Assembly: GCA_965202725.1 (NCBI GenBank)
Contig: OZ241845.1
Coordinates: 794,640 to 858,639, forward strand
DNA: 64,000 bases
Source of the DNA: Candidatus Poribacteria bacterium
GTDB lineage: Bacteria > Poribacteria > WGA-4E > WGA-3G
Direction: 5' to 3'
The position numbers and the translations under genes are program-made. Positions 40,187 to 50,516 of this stretch are shown in pieces (the stretch's first letter is position 1; each line of letters opens with the position of its first letter). The notes under the pieces were generated by a model. That model saw nothing but the letters and a program-made list of their open reading frames with translations, was not told the origin of the DNA and ran no database searches.

Positions 40187-40953
40187 TTACAAGCCCTCTC
40201 TAACCCGTGCCCACGTTGTTGCAAGTTTTCCGATGGGTTGGACATCTGCCGGATCGCCCATTACAAACGCATCAGGTTCTTTCTGATGATCGGAAAGTCG
40301 CAATCCATCAACGACACAATTCGTTGGAAATATTGGGTCAGGTGGGGAAGCGTTGTTAATCTCAAAGGTTTCCGCGAACACGGTGGGGCCTTTTTTGAAA
40401 TCGGCTTCCCCCGCAAGTTTGCCATCTAAATAGAGTTTTAATCCGTCGGGGCCCCACGTCCCCGCCATGTGGTGGTGTTCTCCGATTTTCCAGTCGAGGG
40501 GGGCACTGTTGGCATTATGCCACGACCCGCGCTTTTAATGCGCATCTGTGCGATTCCACCTGTATTAAACTGGAGAAATACGGCATCAGTTCCGCGTTTA
40601 TAGGTCATGAACATAAAGAGTTCACCCGCAACATCACTGGTATCTAATCCCATCGTTACCCACAACTCGACTGTCCCTTCGTCAAGGTTGATGAAGCGAT
40701 CCTCCACGGGGAAGTGAATAACATCCCCAACTGCTTTGCTGACAAAACCGTTGCCGTATTTACCGGGTTCAAAACTTCCGCCATCCACAGTGGCTCCCTC
40801 TTTTTCGACTTCCGCTTGGCTCTCCAACGCAGAAAAGAAGGTCTCCTCTGCTGTAGCAATAGAGACACATAACAGCGCGATTGTCAAAAGACACAACGTT
40901 TTCATGAAATATCCTCCGGTTTCGGTTAACTTACCTTGAATATAAAGATGCAT
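40187..40953 (-). pseudogene. LamG-like secreted protein with conserved C-terminal GKLATTW tail, split by a 1-nt frameshift near a C6/G6 homopolymer (40498-40503)
   Basis: Two ORFs (40438-40953 and 40187-40468) in frames differing by 1 nt. Together they give signal peptide + LamG body (..EHHHMAGTWGPDGLKLYLDG..) + tail IGKLATTWARVREGL. Confidence 0.5.
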
Positions 40954-40960
40954 AAGTTCG

Positions 40961-41809
40961 TTACGGATGTTCTACATCACCTACAGGTTTACTGACGGCT
41001 GATGGATGACTACCATTCGGCTTTTTGCATAGGGCATATACATAGGGTGAGGTCAACTGTTGATTCGGCACATGCATCGCCGCCAATAGATTTCCAATAA
41101 CAATATCTGTCAGGTTAATACATTTGCAAAGGATTTCGTGTCCCCATCTGCCAATGACAGCTCGCCAGGGTGAATAATCCACAACGCTTAACTTTAGAGC
41201 CCCGCCCGTGTATCCGTACTCCGTCACTTGAAAGCCAGTGTCCTGTAAGGCCGATGCGAGGCACTCCGGTGGAATTACGCTGTGGGTCGCCAGGAGCTTC
41301 GGACTCGCGACGCGGGCTATCGGTGTATACATACCTCGCAAATTCGGTGTTATTGTAAGCAATGTGCCTCCCGGTTTCAAGAGGTGGTACATCTCTTCCA
41401 AAATTGCTTGTGGTGTACTGAAATGTTCAATTAATCCCATTGAGTAGACGAAATCAAACGCAGCAGCCTGCTTTTTGACATACGTAAATAGGTCTTCGCA
41501 GATGATTGTGCCTTGCACGCCTGCAAGCGCAAGATTGCGTTCGGCGAGTTGACACCCCAATGCTGAAAAGTCAACGCCGTAGCAATTGCTTTCATAGTTG
41601 CGAGCGAGATACGGAAGCCACAACGAATCGGCACAGCCCACCTCAATCAGGGTTGGTTCTTTAAACCCGGCAAGTGCGAGATGAAACAGCTTGGCAAGTT
41701 GCCGGTTTGCCACGTAAGCCCACCGTAGATGTCGCACCTTATGCTGTTGCCCATCCCAGAGCGTCGTCCAGTAGGATTCATCCGTCAAAGGTGTCAGTTG
41801 TGCATCCAT
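40961..41809 (-). CDS. class I SAM-dependent methyltransferase
   Basis: LIEVGCADSLW motif I, acidic motif II (CYGVDFS). Start placed at MDAQLTPL, abutting the upstream gene's stop. Confidence 0.5.
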   Translation of the reverse strand: MDAQLTPLTDESYWTTLWDGQQHKVRHLRWAYVANRQLAKLFHLALAGFKEPTLIEVGCADSLWLPYLARNYESNCYGVDFSALGCQLAERNLALAGVQGTIICEDLFTYVKKQAAAFDFVYSMGLIEHFSTPQAILEEMYHLLKPGGTLLTITPNLRGMYTPIARVASPKLLATHSVIPPECLASALQDTGFQVTEYGYTGGALKLSVVDYSPWRAVIGRWGHEILCKCINLTDIVIGNLLAAMHVPNQQLTSPYVYALCKKPNGSHPSAVSKPVGDVEHP

Positions 41810-41810
41810 A

Positions 41811-43280
41811 CTAAGATTCCTCTGGCAGAACGGCATCATGTTCTAAGATAGGACAAAGATCGCAGAGTCGATCAGCGCAGTAATTTTTATAAAGTCGGAT
41901 AATACCTTGCTCAATTTTGGCTGTCGGTCTTAACTGCTGCATGCGTTGTGCGTCAGTGAAAACCTGTTTATTAATTTCGCTGATAATTTTATTTCCGGTT
42001 GACTTCGGAGAGGCACTGTAGAGTCTTAATATCGCTGCTTGGAGTTTCTGACTTTCTGCTTCAACTGCCCAAATATAAATAACCGGTAGTATCTTGTTGA
42101 CAATAATATCTGCCGCTCTCGTATTTCCAATCAGGGCTTCTTTCCGAGGGGTATTTATTCCGAAGCTAAAATGCGTTTCCCAGTAGCCTGTAGGTTTAAC
42201 TGTTAGTAGTTCACGGAGTTCTTTCCCAATAATTTGCAAGGACTTGCGCGTATCCGCAGCTGCAGCCTTTTCACACGTCGGTAGAAAGTACATCATTAGG
42301 CTGCCGTGTTGGCATCGATGGATTAACTGACCCATCGCGGCGATACGTCGGACAGGGTGATTAACAGGCCTGCTTGTAAAACTCCAACGCGCCTCTGTCA
42401 TACAGGGCGGCAGTTGAGCATACTCTGAAACACGCCACAATTCCTCTAATGCCCGGATATTTGGATCGTTTGTTAGCTCAGCTGGCGGCGGTTTCTCACG
42501 CTGTGATGGCAAAAGTCCTGCGACTCCAAAGAGAATCGCCTGAATCTCTAACTCGGATTTTTGATCGAAATCCGCGAATGGAACGTGTTGAGCCAACTCG
42601 CGCATCGCTTTGCTGTTGCGTGCATATCCGAGTGCCTCCATGATACCTTCATAGAGGAGTTGCTCGAAGTCGAGCCGCGTTCTCAACAGACGCATTGATT
42701 CGGCTTTTTCTAAGAAACGTTCACGTCCTAACGATTCAAAAACGCCTTTCAGGATAGCCATGTTGAGCGGCTTACCTGTAACCCGACAGATACCTTCTGC
42801 TGTTGCTGTATCTGCGGTGCCGTCATACAAATCACCGGTATCCACGGCAATCCATTTTAGGAGCTCTAAAGTTGAGATACGTTTGCCGTTCTGAAGTCGC
42901 GTCCGTAGATTGAAGTCGTCATTAAAAAACACGGCGTGCAGAATAACACGGTTGTATCTCGAATTGAGATGATGTTTATGCGCATACCACTCCGAAGATC
43001 GGACGTGGATTTCGACATCACCAATTTGGAGTTTACCATCAATCTCAATCTCGGCGTGCATGAAATCAGGACCTTCGTTATGGTTCCAGATACCCGGTTT
43101 TAGCACACGAATCGTCCGTCTATCAATTGCCTCCATATTGGTATCAAAGAACCGCTGCTCATGCCACAATTTCTGAACAAATGCCTCTTCCATTTTGTCC
43201 AGATCTGGTGTGTAAGCCTCATTAAGTTCCGTGAACTGTTTAAAGGTATCTTCAACTTTTGCTACATCATTCATGGACAT
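41811..43280 (-). CDS. DUF2851-family protein (function unknown)
   Basis: N-terminal EAFVQKLWHEQRFFD resembles the DUF2851 pattern L.Y.W....F. 489 aa. Confidence 0.45.
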   Translation of the reverse strand: MSMNDVAKVEDTFKQFTELNEAYTPDLDKMEEAFVQKLWHEQRFFDTNMEAIDRRTIRVLKPGIWNHNEGPDFMHAEIEIDGKLQIGDVEIHVRSSEWYAHKHHLNSRYNRVILHAVFFNDDFNLRTRLQNGKRISTLELLKWIAVDTGDLYDGTADTATAEGICRVTGKPLNMAILKGVFESLGRERFLEKAESMRLLRTRLDFEQLLYEGIMEALGYARNSKAMRELAQHVPFADFDQKSELEIQAILFGVAGLLPSQREKPPPAELTNDPNIRALEELWRVSEYAQLPPCMTEARWSFTSRPVNHPVRRIAAMGQLIHRCQHGSLMMYFLPTCEKAAAADTRKSLQIIGKELRELLTVKPTGYWETHFSFGINTPRKEALIGNTRAADIIVNKILPVIYIWAVEAESQKLQAAILRLYSASPKSTGNKIISEINKQVFTDAQRMQQLRPTAKIEQGIIRLYKNYCADRLCDLCPILEHDAVLPEES

Positions 43281-43926
43281 TTCCGTAGGTTCCGAGGTAT
43301 TTTGCTTTCTGAATTTCGTTCAGTAGGGATTGTGTTGCAACATCCGGTTCAGGATGGGAGCAAACAGCGGAGATCACAGCAATACCGTGTGCCCCGGCCC
43401 GAATGACATCACCTGCAGTCTCGACCCCAATGCCCCCGATAGCGATAACTGGGCACGCCGCGATGTCGCACATCCGGCGGAGGCGTTCTAATCCCATCGC
43501 CGGTTCCGCATCCGGTTTTGAAGTTGTGCCGTAGATCGGCCCGAACCCAATGTAATCAGCGCCTTCAGTAATCGCTTCAAGTATTTTTTCCGCAGTTCGT
43601 GCAGATGCCCCGATGGTGGCTTCCGTAGGTAAAATCCGTCGCCCAATAGAGACTCGCATATCGTCTTGTCCGAAATGTGCGCCTGTCGCCCCGACAGCCA
43701 GCGCGATATCTGCTCTATCATTTACAATCAATGGGACCTTGTGTGCCCTGCATACCTTCTGCATTGCTTGTGCTGTTGCTACTAATTCACGGGTCGTTCC
43801 CTGTTTTTGCCGAAATTGCACCGTGTCGGCACCACCCTGAATCACCAATTCCGCCAGTTCAACGTGTGTGAACCGCGATTGCAGCGTCGTATCCGTGATG
43901 ACGTGAAGAACGCCGATGTTTTTCAT
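43267..43926 (-). CDS. thiE: thiamine-phosphate synthase
   Basis: VLHVITD...VQFRQK...IVNDRADIALAVGATGAHFGQDD...IGFGPIYGTTSKPD...IAIGGI are ThiE motifs. Start placed at MKNIGV (ATG 43926). Confidence 0.7.
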   Translation of the reverse strand: MKNIGVLHVITDTTLQSRFTHVELAELVIQGGADTVQFRQKQGTTRELVATAQAMQKVCRAHKVPLIVNDRADIALAVGATGAHFGQDDMRVSIGRRILPTEATIGASARTAEKILEAITEGADYIGFGPIYGTTSKPDAEPAMGLERLRRMCDIAACPVIAIGGIGVETAGDVIRAGAHGIAVISAVCSHPEPDVATQSLLNEIQKAKYLGTYGNVHE

Positions 43927-44022
43927 TTGGCATGCCACCCAAAATGTGATAGATTGTAGTTGCCGGTCAGAAGGCAGACGCTTTCTGATAACTAATAAGT
44001 ATAGCACATAAGGAGAAATTTT

Positions 44023-44658
44023 GTGAACAATTTGTTATTTCGATCTGAAGATAAAGTGCTTTTTATTGGAGATAGTATTACAGATTGTGGGCGGCGGGAC
44101 GCACACGCACCGTTGGGACACGGCTACGTCCGTAAAATAACGGAGCTCATTACCGCAAAATACCCCGAACGGGACATCACTTATATCAACAAAGGCATTA
44201 GTGGTGACATCGTTGAAGGCTTAGAGAGTCGGTGGGATGTTGATGTGATTGCTGAAGAGCCCGATTGGCTTTCGGTGAAAATCGGTATCAACAACGCCAG
44301 CCGACAGCACGGAGAGGGTATTTCTACGGCAGAATATCTGCCTATTTGGGAAGCGTGCTATCGACGGATTCTCACACGCGCAAAAAACGAATTAGATGCC
44401 TCGATCTTTCTATTTGAAATTTTCTATATTGAAGAAGATGTTGACATACCCCGGCCGTTGGCTGTAGATGCTTACAACAAGAGCATTCACAAGCTTGCTG
44501 AAGAATTTGGGGCGCGGTTGATACTGACAAATACTGCTTTTAATCTCGCTGTTGCTGCCCGTCCCGGGGCGCTCTGGACAACCCAAGACGGGGTTCATCC
44601 CAATGCCGAGGGGCATACCTTGATGGCATTGGAATTCCTCAAACGGGCGGGGTGGTAA
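44023..44658 (+). CDS. SGNH/GDSL-family hydrolase
   Basis: VLFIGDSITDCG block I, GINNA block III, and the DGVHPN catalytic D..H pair at the C-terminus. Confidence 0.65.
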   Translation: MNNLLFRSEDKVLFIGDSITDCGRRDAHAPLGHGYVRKITELITAKYPERDITYINKGISGDIVEGLESRWDVDVIAEEPDWLSVKIGINNASRQHGEGISTAEYLPIWEACYRRILTRAKNELDASIFLFEIFYIEEDVDIPRPLAVDAYNKSIHKLAEEFGARLILTNTAFNLAVAARPGALWTTQDGVHPNAEGHTLMALEFLKRAGW

Positions 44659-44770
44659 GTTTCTGCTACAGATACGTTTTGATGGGGTTTTGGAGAAAAA
44701 AACGAGGTTATTGTTACGGCAAAACACCCGCAACCTTCTGTGAAAAAACACGGGCATTCTGGTGGCACAA

Positions 44771-44865
44771 TCTAACATGTTATGCTACAAAAGGGGGGCC
44801 GCTGCCCGCGGTTCGCATTGGGCGATTTGTGGTTCTCCCATAGGTTTAGGAAACCTAACCCCTAC
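44771..44865. repeat. A-motif-like sequence (CTAACATGTTATGCTACAAAAGGGGGG) plus REP-like palindrome (TAGGTTTAGG-aaa-CCTAACCCCTAC)
   Basis: Same families as 3582-3695, degenerate. Confidence 0.5.
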
Positions 44866-44901
44866 TATGCGCTTTGCATCTTCTCGTGCGGCTTAAACAG
44901 T

Positions 44902-44940
44902 AAGGGCGGTGTATGCATCATACACCGCCCTTATTTGTAG
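44902..44940. terminator. bidirectional rho-independent terminator between convergent genes
   Basis: 14-bp perfect stem AAGGGCGGTGTATG-cat-CATACACCGCCCTT followed by ATTTGTAG. Confidence 0.55.
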
Positions 44941-45016
44941 TTGGTAAGTTAATTCAAATAGGGTGTATCCCTGAATGAACCTGTTCATGTAGCGACACTT
45001 GCGTGCCGCTACACCC

Positions 45017-48000
45017 TTAGTCTTGCGTTTTCAGATCGCCCCAGGTCGTCGTGAGCTTGCCCGCAGCGTTGACGTTGCCCCGAAGATGCGTGGTGCGCAA
45101 AGTGGTGCGCGTGCCATCCAAGGAGACGTCTTCTATCTGGTAATAGTAGACGAGGTTGGGTTTCGCAGAGGCATCCGTCCAGCTATAGACGTGCTTTTCA
45201 GCCGTTGTGCCGTGTCCGGGGATAATGCCTTTGCTGTTGACGACTGTGAACGTTCCGGTCTTTGTTTCACTGCGCAGTATATTGAAACCTGCGTTGTTGA
45301 GTTCGGACTCGGTGCTCCAGCGGATGACGACTTCGCCAGTGGCGGTGTCTCGTGCGGGTCGGAAGCTTGCCAGGGAGACGGGCAGGGGTCCCCCGCCGTG
45401 ATGCCCTGGTGTGCCGACATCGTTTCTATCGCCGTAATAGGTTGTTTCGCTATAGCCTTCTGCGGAGCGCCCCGTATTCTGTGCGGAGATCCACCCGCTC
45501 TGCATCATGCCATCAGCAGCCATGTCATCCTCGTATCTACGTATGATAGACGCGCGATGCCCATCGCTGTTGATACCCATCGGCAGGGCCCACTCGGGTG
45601 CATCGTTTGTGCGGCGATTCCCGTCGGTGTTGCCGACTTCGTCAACCACCTTTTTGTCCTTATCTGTGAGTTTCAGATAGAAACCCGTAGCACTCAGGAC
45701 TGTATCGGTGCGCGCTTCCATGTCCAGCTCGCTGCGATGTGATGTCCAGAGGTCTATCGTGCGAGTATCCGGGAAATGGTCTCTGCCTGAGTTAGAACCA
45801 CTGGTGGAAACAATCAATATCGTCTGATTCGGTGCGATGGTGACGGCACCGAGCGTGATCGTGGCGTTCTGACGGGCATCTAAGTTCTCATCCCGTGCGT
45901 TCTGAATTTCAAGTTGCCAGCCGTTCAGGTTCACACCCTGCGTCAGTGAAGAATTGTAAAGTTCTATCCACTGTGGGAGCGAACGTCTACCGGAGCCCGC
46001 ACTAAACATGATCTCAGAGATAGCGACCTCTGCATCAGAGAGATCCGCAACTTTCTCTTTGAGGGCATCGTTAGCATAGCCGGGGGTGCCTCCGTTTTCA
46101 TCGGTGTTGGCAGCCGTGCGGTCATAGCCGATCCCCGTGAAACCCACTTTCGCCCAGTGCTTCTCACCTATACCCGTGTTCTTACCATTCCGTTTATAGA
46201 CGAGACCCGCACGGAAGTCCTCATCGGCACCATCAATCACGTTGCCGTGCCCCGCAGCCCATAACCGAAGGGGCCACACCTCTGTGTCAAAACTACCATC
46301 CTTTTTCTCAGCGAAATAGGTGCCACCATGATCAACAATGTGCGTTGACTTGCCCTCTTTGTCATTCGCACTGCGAAGGATCAGGTTATATTTGCCACTA
46401 TTGGGTAAAACCAGGTTGCTATCTATGTAATACATGGATTGCACACCGCGTTTGACCCGGTCCGCCGCTGCCTTGTTAATCGCAACGCCCGCAGCCAGAT
46501 CATTCCCCGAAGCCGTCGGATCCGAGTTGGAAATCAACAAGATACCCCCCGCAGCGAGTTTCACGTTATCGTTATCCGGGAACGAGACCAACTGCGTCTC
46601 TTTCGCAGCACCATCCACCGACATCACGATATTCAGCTCCCACTTCCTGAGGTTCATCTCACCCGTCGTGGTGTTCCTGAGTTCAACCCAATCGTTAGCA
46701 TCGCTGCTGCTATTGCCTATCTCATTGATCAGCACCTCTTGCGATAGCACCGGCGGGTCTGGTCGAGCTGCCACAGGATACGTACCAGGTGTCCCAAGAC
46801 GATTCCCCGACAGATTCCGGCTCGGTCTCCCAGAAGCAACCCAAGTACCCGAACGCTCCGGATCCCCATCATCTTTCGCATGATCCGCATGCCCGGTATT
46901 ATCTTCATCGAACTGCTTCAGCTTCCGATACATAGACACAAGATCCACCGCATTAGCAGCAGTCGTCGCTTCAGAGCGACCCCCCTTGCTCGGGATAGCC
47001 CAGAAACCCGGATTACCCATATTACTCACAAGATCCACACGACCCGCTACTGACGAAGAAACCCCAGCTGGCTCCGGAACACCCCCTTGCGTAAAGTCAA
47101 GCATCCAACGCGACCCGTCAAAGATAATGGCCGAACCCGTCTTGTTGTAGACTTCAATCCACTGGCTATACTTAGAACGACCCCCTAAAGTAGCATCCTT
47201 GGCAGCCATGATCTCCGTGATCTTCAAATCACCCACCGCCGCACCCGCAGGCCCTTTAACGATAATCGTGCCACCATTCAGGAAGAAATCCTGGAGATCC
47301 ACCATATTCGAAACGGAGATGGTCTTTACGCCACTGGCAATACCCGTGTCGCTTGCCATCGCACCCGGATGCACAAGAACCCCAAAACCTTTGCTTGGAA
47401 TCACATTATCTATATCGGTTACAGTGAGAGTGAACATCAGCTGGGCATTACCCCCGCTGTTGGTCGCAGTGTAGGTATACGTAGTTGCTGCCATTGCAGA
47501 TCCTGTGGGAGTGCCACTCAGCAGCCGAGTCCCTGCAGTAAATGCGAGACCCGCAGGTAAGGCAGGGGTTAGGCTGTACGTGATACCCGTGCCAGTTGCC
47601 ATCGGAAGTTCTATAGCCCGCATTGCCACACCTACAGTCAATATCTGATTGGCAATCACCGTACCAGCAGCAAACGTAGGTGCCACAGGGGCGACAGGGG
47701 CTACAGTGATAGTGAACGTCTTGGTGTCACTCCCAGCACTGTTGGTCGCAGTGTAGGTAAAAGTAGTCGCCGACATCGCAGCAGCGGGAGTCCCACTCAG
47801 CAGCCGAGTCGTCGCATTAAACGCAAGACCATTCCAAGCGGCCGGTGCCAGCGAGTAAGTCACGCCAGTCCCCGTTGCCATCGGCAATGTTTCACTCACT
47901 GCCATACCCACAGTGTAGGTCTTAGCTGGAACAACTGCTAACACAGGAACACTTGTTACGGGATTGACAGTGAGAGTGAACGTCAGCTGGGCATTACCCC

Positions 48001-49870
48001 CGCTGTTTGTGGCAGTGTAGGTATACGTAGTTGCTGCCATTGCAGTTGTGGGGGTGCCACTCAGCATCCGGGTCGCTGTAGTAAACATGAGACCCGCAGG
48101 TAAGGCAGGGGTTAGACCGTAGGTGATACCCGTGCCAGTTGCCATCGGAAGTGTCAGAGCCGGCATTGCTACACCTACAGTCAACATCTGATTGGCAATG
48201 CTCGCATCAGTAGCAAACGTAGGTGCCACAGGGGCGACAGCGGCTACAGTGAGAGTGAAAGTCAGCTGGGCATTACCCCCGCTGTTTGTGGCAGTGTAGG
48301 TATACGTAGTTGCTGTCATTGCTGTTGTAGGGGTGCCACTCAGCAGCCGGGTCGCTGGCGTAAACGTCAGTCCCGCAGGTAAGGCAGGGGTTAGGCTGTA
48401 CGTGATACCCGTGCCAGTTGCCATCGGAAGTTCTATAGCCGGCATTGCTACACCTACAGTCAACATCTGATTGGCAATCACCGTACCAGCAGAAAACGTA
48501 GGTGCCACAGGGACAGGGGCTACAGTGATAGTGAACGTCAGCTGGGCACTGCCTCCGCTGTTGGTCGCAGTGTAGGTATAAGTAGTTGCTGTCGTCATTG
48601 CAGTTGTGGGGGTGCCACTCAGCACCCGGGTCGCTGGCGTAAACGCAAGACCCGCAGGTAAGGCAGGGGTTAGGCTGTAGGTGATACCCGCACCGCTCGC
48701 CACCGGAAGTGTCAGAGCCGGCATTGCCCTCCCTACAGTCAACATCTGATTGGCAATACTCGCATCACCAAACGTAGGCTGCGTCCGCCCCGGCATCGGC
48801 GTCCCAGACACAGCCGCAGAGGGCGTGCCTGCAGGCGTAGTGCCTGCGGCTGCTACACGGATACGCACGGTGATCGGAGTGCCAGCAGCGCCACGGATGA
48901 CCAACGGATAGACCGATACAGCCACCCAATTCACGCCGCCATCGGTGCTATACTCATACCCAGTCGCCGAACCGCCCGTCCAAGACACCGTTATCTTCCC
49001 TGGCCCAGGTTCCACAACAACGCCCGTCGGCATATCGCCGCTAGTGTCGCCACCAGTGTCGCCATTGCCATCGCCGTCATCGCCGCCGTTGCCATCGCCG
49101 TTAGTGTCGCCGTCCATGTCATCGTCAACAGTTGGAATTGGTGTAGGTGTCTGTGTGGGTGTCTGTAACGGCGGGCTCGAACCGTCCGCGTTGTTTATCC
49201 TTAGATAAAAAAAACGCATTACATCACCCTCGTACTCATAACTGCCGCCATCAACCGCGGTATAAGTAAAGTAAAAGTGGCCTGCTTCAGTAGGGGTGCC
49301 AGCAAGGGTCCGAGTCGATGCTGTGAATGTTAAGCCGGCGGGAAGGGCCCGAGTAGGGCTGCCGATGGCATTGTAAAGACTTACCGTCAGTGTATACGTC
49401 GTCGTATCGCCGTCCTCTTGCGTTGCCTCTGGCAAAACAAGACTGTACGCCTGCCCTACCCTCGCTGGACTGGGTGCCGGGATTCTACTCTCACTAAACA
49501 TAGGATCGGAATGTACAGTGAGATTAAACGTCAACGTAATATCGGTCTCACCCGGTGCTGAGGCAGTTACCGTATATGCTGTGGTTGGATAGCCTGCCCG
49601 GAAATGCCCCTGGATTCTAGGGTAATTCTGAACATTTGCAAGCCTCAAAGGAGCAGGTAAGGCGGGCGCTATCGAGAAAGTTATCCCGGCGGCACCCTCA
49701 GCGCGTGACAACGGATGGTCCGTGTTATCACCTTTAGCGAAGTCTAAATCAGGTTGTGTAGTAGGATTCCATGTAAGTGCAGCCTCCACGGCAGTTGGCA
49801 CCAGGAGCAAGGCAAATACTAACAGGACTACTAAACTTGCGAAAGAAAATGTTATTTTATTTGATAACAT
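45017..49870 (-). CDS. giant (1617 aa) secreted adhesin-like protein
   Basis: Signal peptide MLSNKITFSFASLVVLLVFALLLVPTAVEA. Acidic DG-rich tract. Five or more ~95-aa Ig-like 'putative Ig / dystroglycan-type' repeats (YSLTPALPAGLTFTPATRLLSGTPT). Three lamin-tail (LTD) domains (ITEIM..WIEVYN, INEIG..WVELRN, ISEIM..WIELYN). C-terminal beta-domain ends in AGKLTTTWGDLKTQD. The Ig repeats are also near-identical DNA repeats (~47.4-48.8 kb). Confidence 0.7.
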   Translation of the reverse strand: MLSNKITFSFASLVVLLVFALLLVPTAVEAALTWNPTTQPDLDFAKGDNTDHPLSRAEGAAGITFSIAPALPAPLRLANVQNYPRIQGHFRAGYPTTAYTVTASAPGETDITLTFNLTVHSDPMFSESRIPAPSPARVGQAYSLVLPEATQEDGDTTTYTLTVSLYNAIGSPTRALPAGLTFTASTRTLAGTPTEAGHFYFTYTAVDGGSYEYEGDVMRFFYLRINNADGSSPPLQTPTQTPTPIPTVDDDMDGDTNGDGNGGDDGDGNGDTGGDTSGDMPTGVVVEPGPGKITVSWTGGSATGYEYSTDGGVNWVAVSVYPLVIRGAAGTPITVRIRVAAAGTTPAGTPSAAVSGTPMPGRTQPTFGDASIANQMLTVGRAMPALTLPVASGAGITYSLTPALPAGLAFTPATRVLSGTPTTAMTTATTYTYTATNSGGSAQLTFTITVAPVPVAPTFSAGTVIANQMLTVGVAMPAIELPMATGTGITYSLTPALPAGLTFTPATRLLSGTPTTAMTATTYTYTATNSGGNAQLTFTLTVAAVAPVAPTFATDASIANQMLTVGVAMPALTLPMATGTGITYGLTPALPAGLMFTTATRMLSGTPTTAMAATTYTYTATNSGGNAQLTFTLTVNPVTSVPVLAVVPAKTYTVGMAVSETLPMATGTGVTYSLAPAAWNGLAFNATTRLLSGTPAAAMSATTFTYTATNSAGSDTKTFTITVAPVAPVAPTFAAGTVIANQILTVGVAMRAIELPMATGTGITYSLTPALPAGLAFTAGTRLLSGTPTGSAMAATTYTYTATNSGGNAQLMFTLTVTDIDNVIPSKGFGVLVHPGAMASDTGIASGVKTISVSNMVDLQDFFLNGGTIIVKGPAGAAVGDLKITEIMAAKDATLGGRSKYSQWIEVYNKTGSAIIFDGSRWMLDFTQGGVPEPAGVSSSVAGRVDLVSNMGNPGFWAIPSKGGRSEATTAANAVDLVSMYRKLKQFDEDNTGHADHAKDDGDPERSGTWVASGRPSRNLSGNRLGTPGTYPVAARPDPPVLSQEVLINEIGNSSSDANDWVELRNTTTGEMNLRKWELNIVMSVDGAAKETQLVSFPDNDNVKLAAGGILLISNSDPTASGNDLAAGVAINKAAADRVKRGVQSMYYIDSNLVLPNSGKYNLILRSANDKEGKSTHIVDHGGTYFAEKKDGSFDTEVWPLRLWAAGHGNVIDGADEDFRAGLVYKRNGKNTGIGEKHWAKVGFTGIGYDRTAANTDENGGTPGYANDALKEKVADLSDAEVAISEIMFSAGSGRRSLPQWIELYNSSLTQGVNLNGWQLEIQNARDENLDARQNATITLGAVTIAPNQTILIVSTSGSNSGRDHFPDTRTIDLWTSHRSELDMEARTDTVLSATGFYLKLTDKDKKVVDEVGNTDGNRRTNDAPEWALPMGINSDGHRASIIRRYEDDMAADGMMQSGWISAQNTGRSAEGYSETTYYGDRNDVGTPGHHGGGPLPVSLASFRPARDTATGEVVIRWSTESELNNAGFNILRSETKTGTFTVVNSKGIIPGHGTTAEKHVYSWTDASAKPNLVYYYQIEDVSLDGTRTTLRTTHLRGNVNAAGKLTTTWGDLKTQD

Positions 49871-50344
49871 GAATTAGATTCCTCCTAAAAGAAACTATTG
49901 TTTGGACAATGTAAATTCTTCTCTGCTGGCGGGGTTTTGTGGCGGATTCACCTACATGCGATGTGAATTCCCAACCCCGCTTAACCACGCCAGCGGCGAC
50001 TTCAGTGTTGGGTTTCGCTATCTGTATTACCCAGGAAACCGCCTTGAAAAATGGACGATGTGTGCATTCTGAAGATGGTTCTGGGCTTTCCCGCTCAACC
50101 CAACCTATTTTTAGTTTTGCTTTTACTGCGAGGTTCGGAAACCTTGCCAGCGACAACTGCGGACGCAAAGCGAACAGAACGGCAAGATAGAAACACACAG
50201 GTAGTGAAAAGCAAACCCCGAGCAAAAGTCGCTGATACGTTGTATTCGCGTATGTTTGCTTGGAAATAACGGGAGTAGACTTCCTTGGAGAGGGCGCGGA
50301 ATCAGAAAACAGCGGTTGTGTAAAGTTAACTGAGAGTTGAATCT

Positions 50345-50355
50345 GGGGGGGGGGG
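50345..50355. repeat. G11 homopolymer in the non-coding region upstream of the adhesin gene
   Basis: ctGGGGGGGGGGGtaac. Confidence 0.8.
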
Positions 50356-50516
50356 GTAACAACTGATAAGTTAATATCGCTGTTAGCGAAAGACACATAG
50401 AAGCGAAACCGCCACAAGGTATACGGGCAGACTCGCATCGCTCCACTTCTCTCTTCTTTTACTCCTACATTAACAAGCCAGTTAGCCATCGCTGTTCGCT
50501 GTCCTCAACGCGTTTC

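Noticed and set aside
49857-50489. 210-aa minus-strand ORF upstream of the adhesin
   Set aside because: It runs through poly-G and A/B repeat sequence. It is low-complexity, has no RBS, and overlaps the adhesin start. Judged non-coding.
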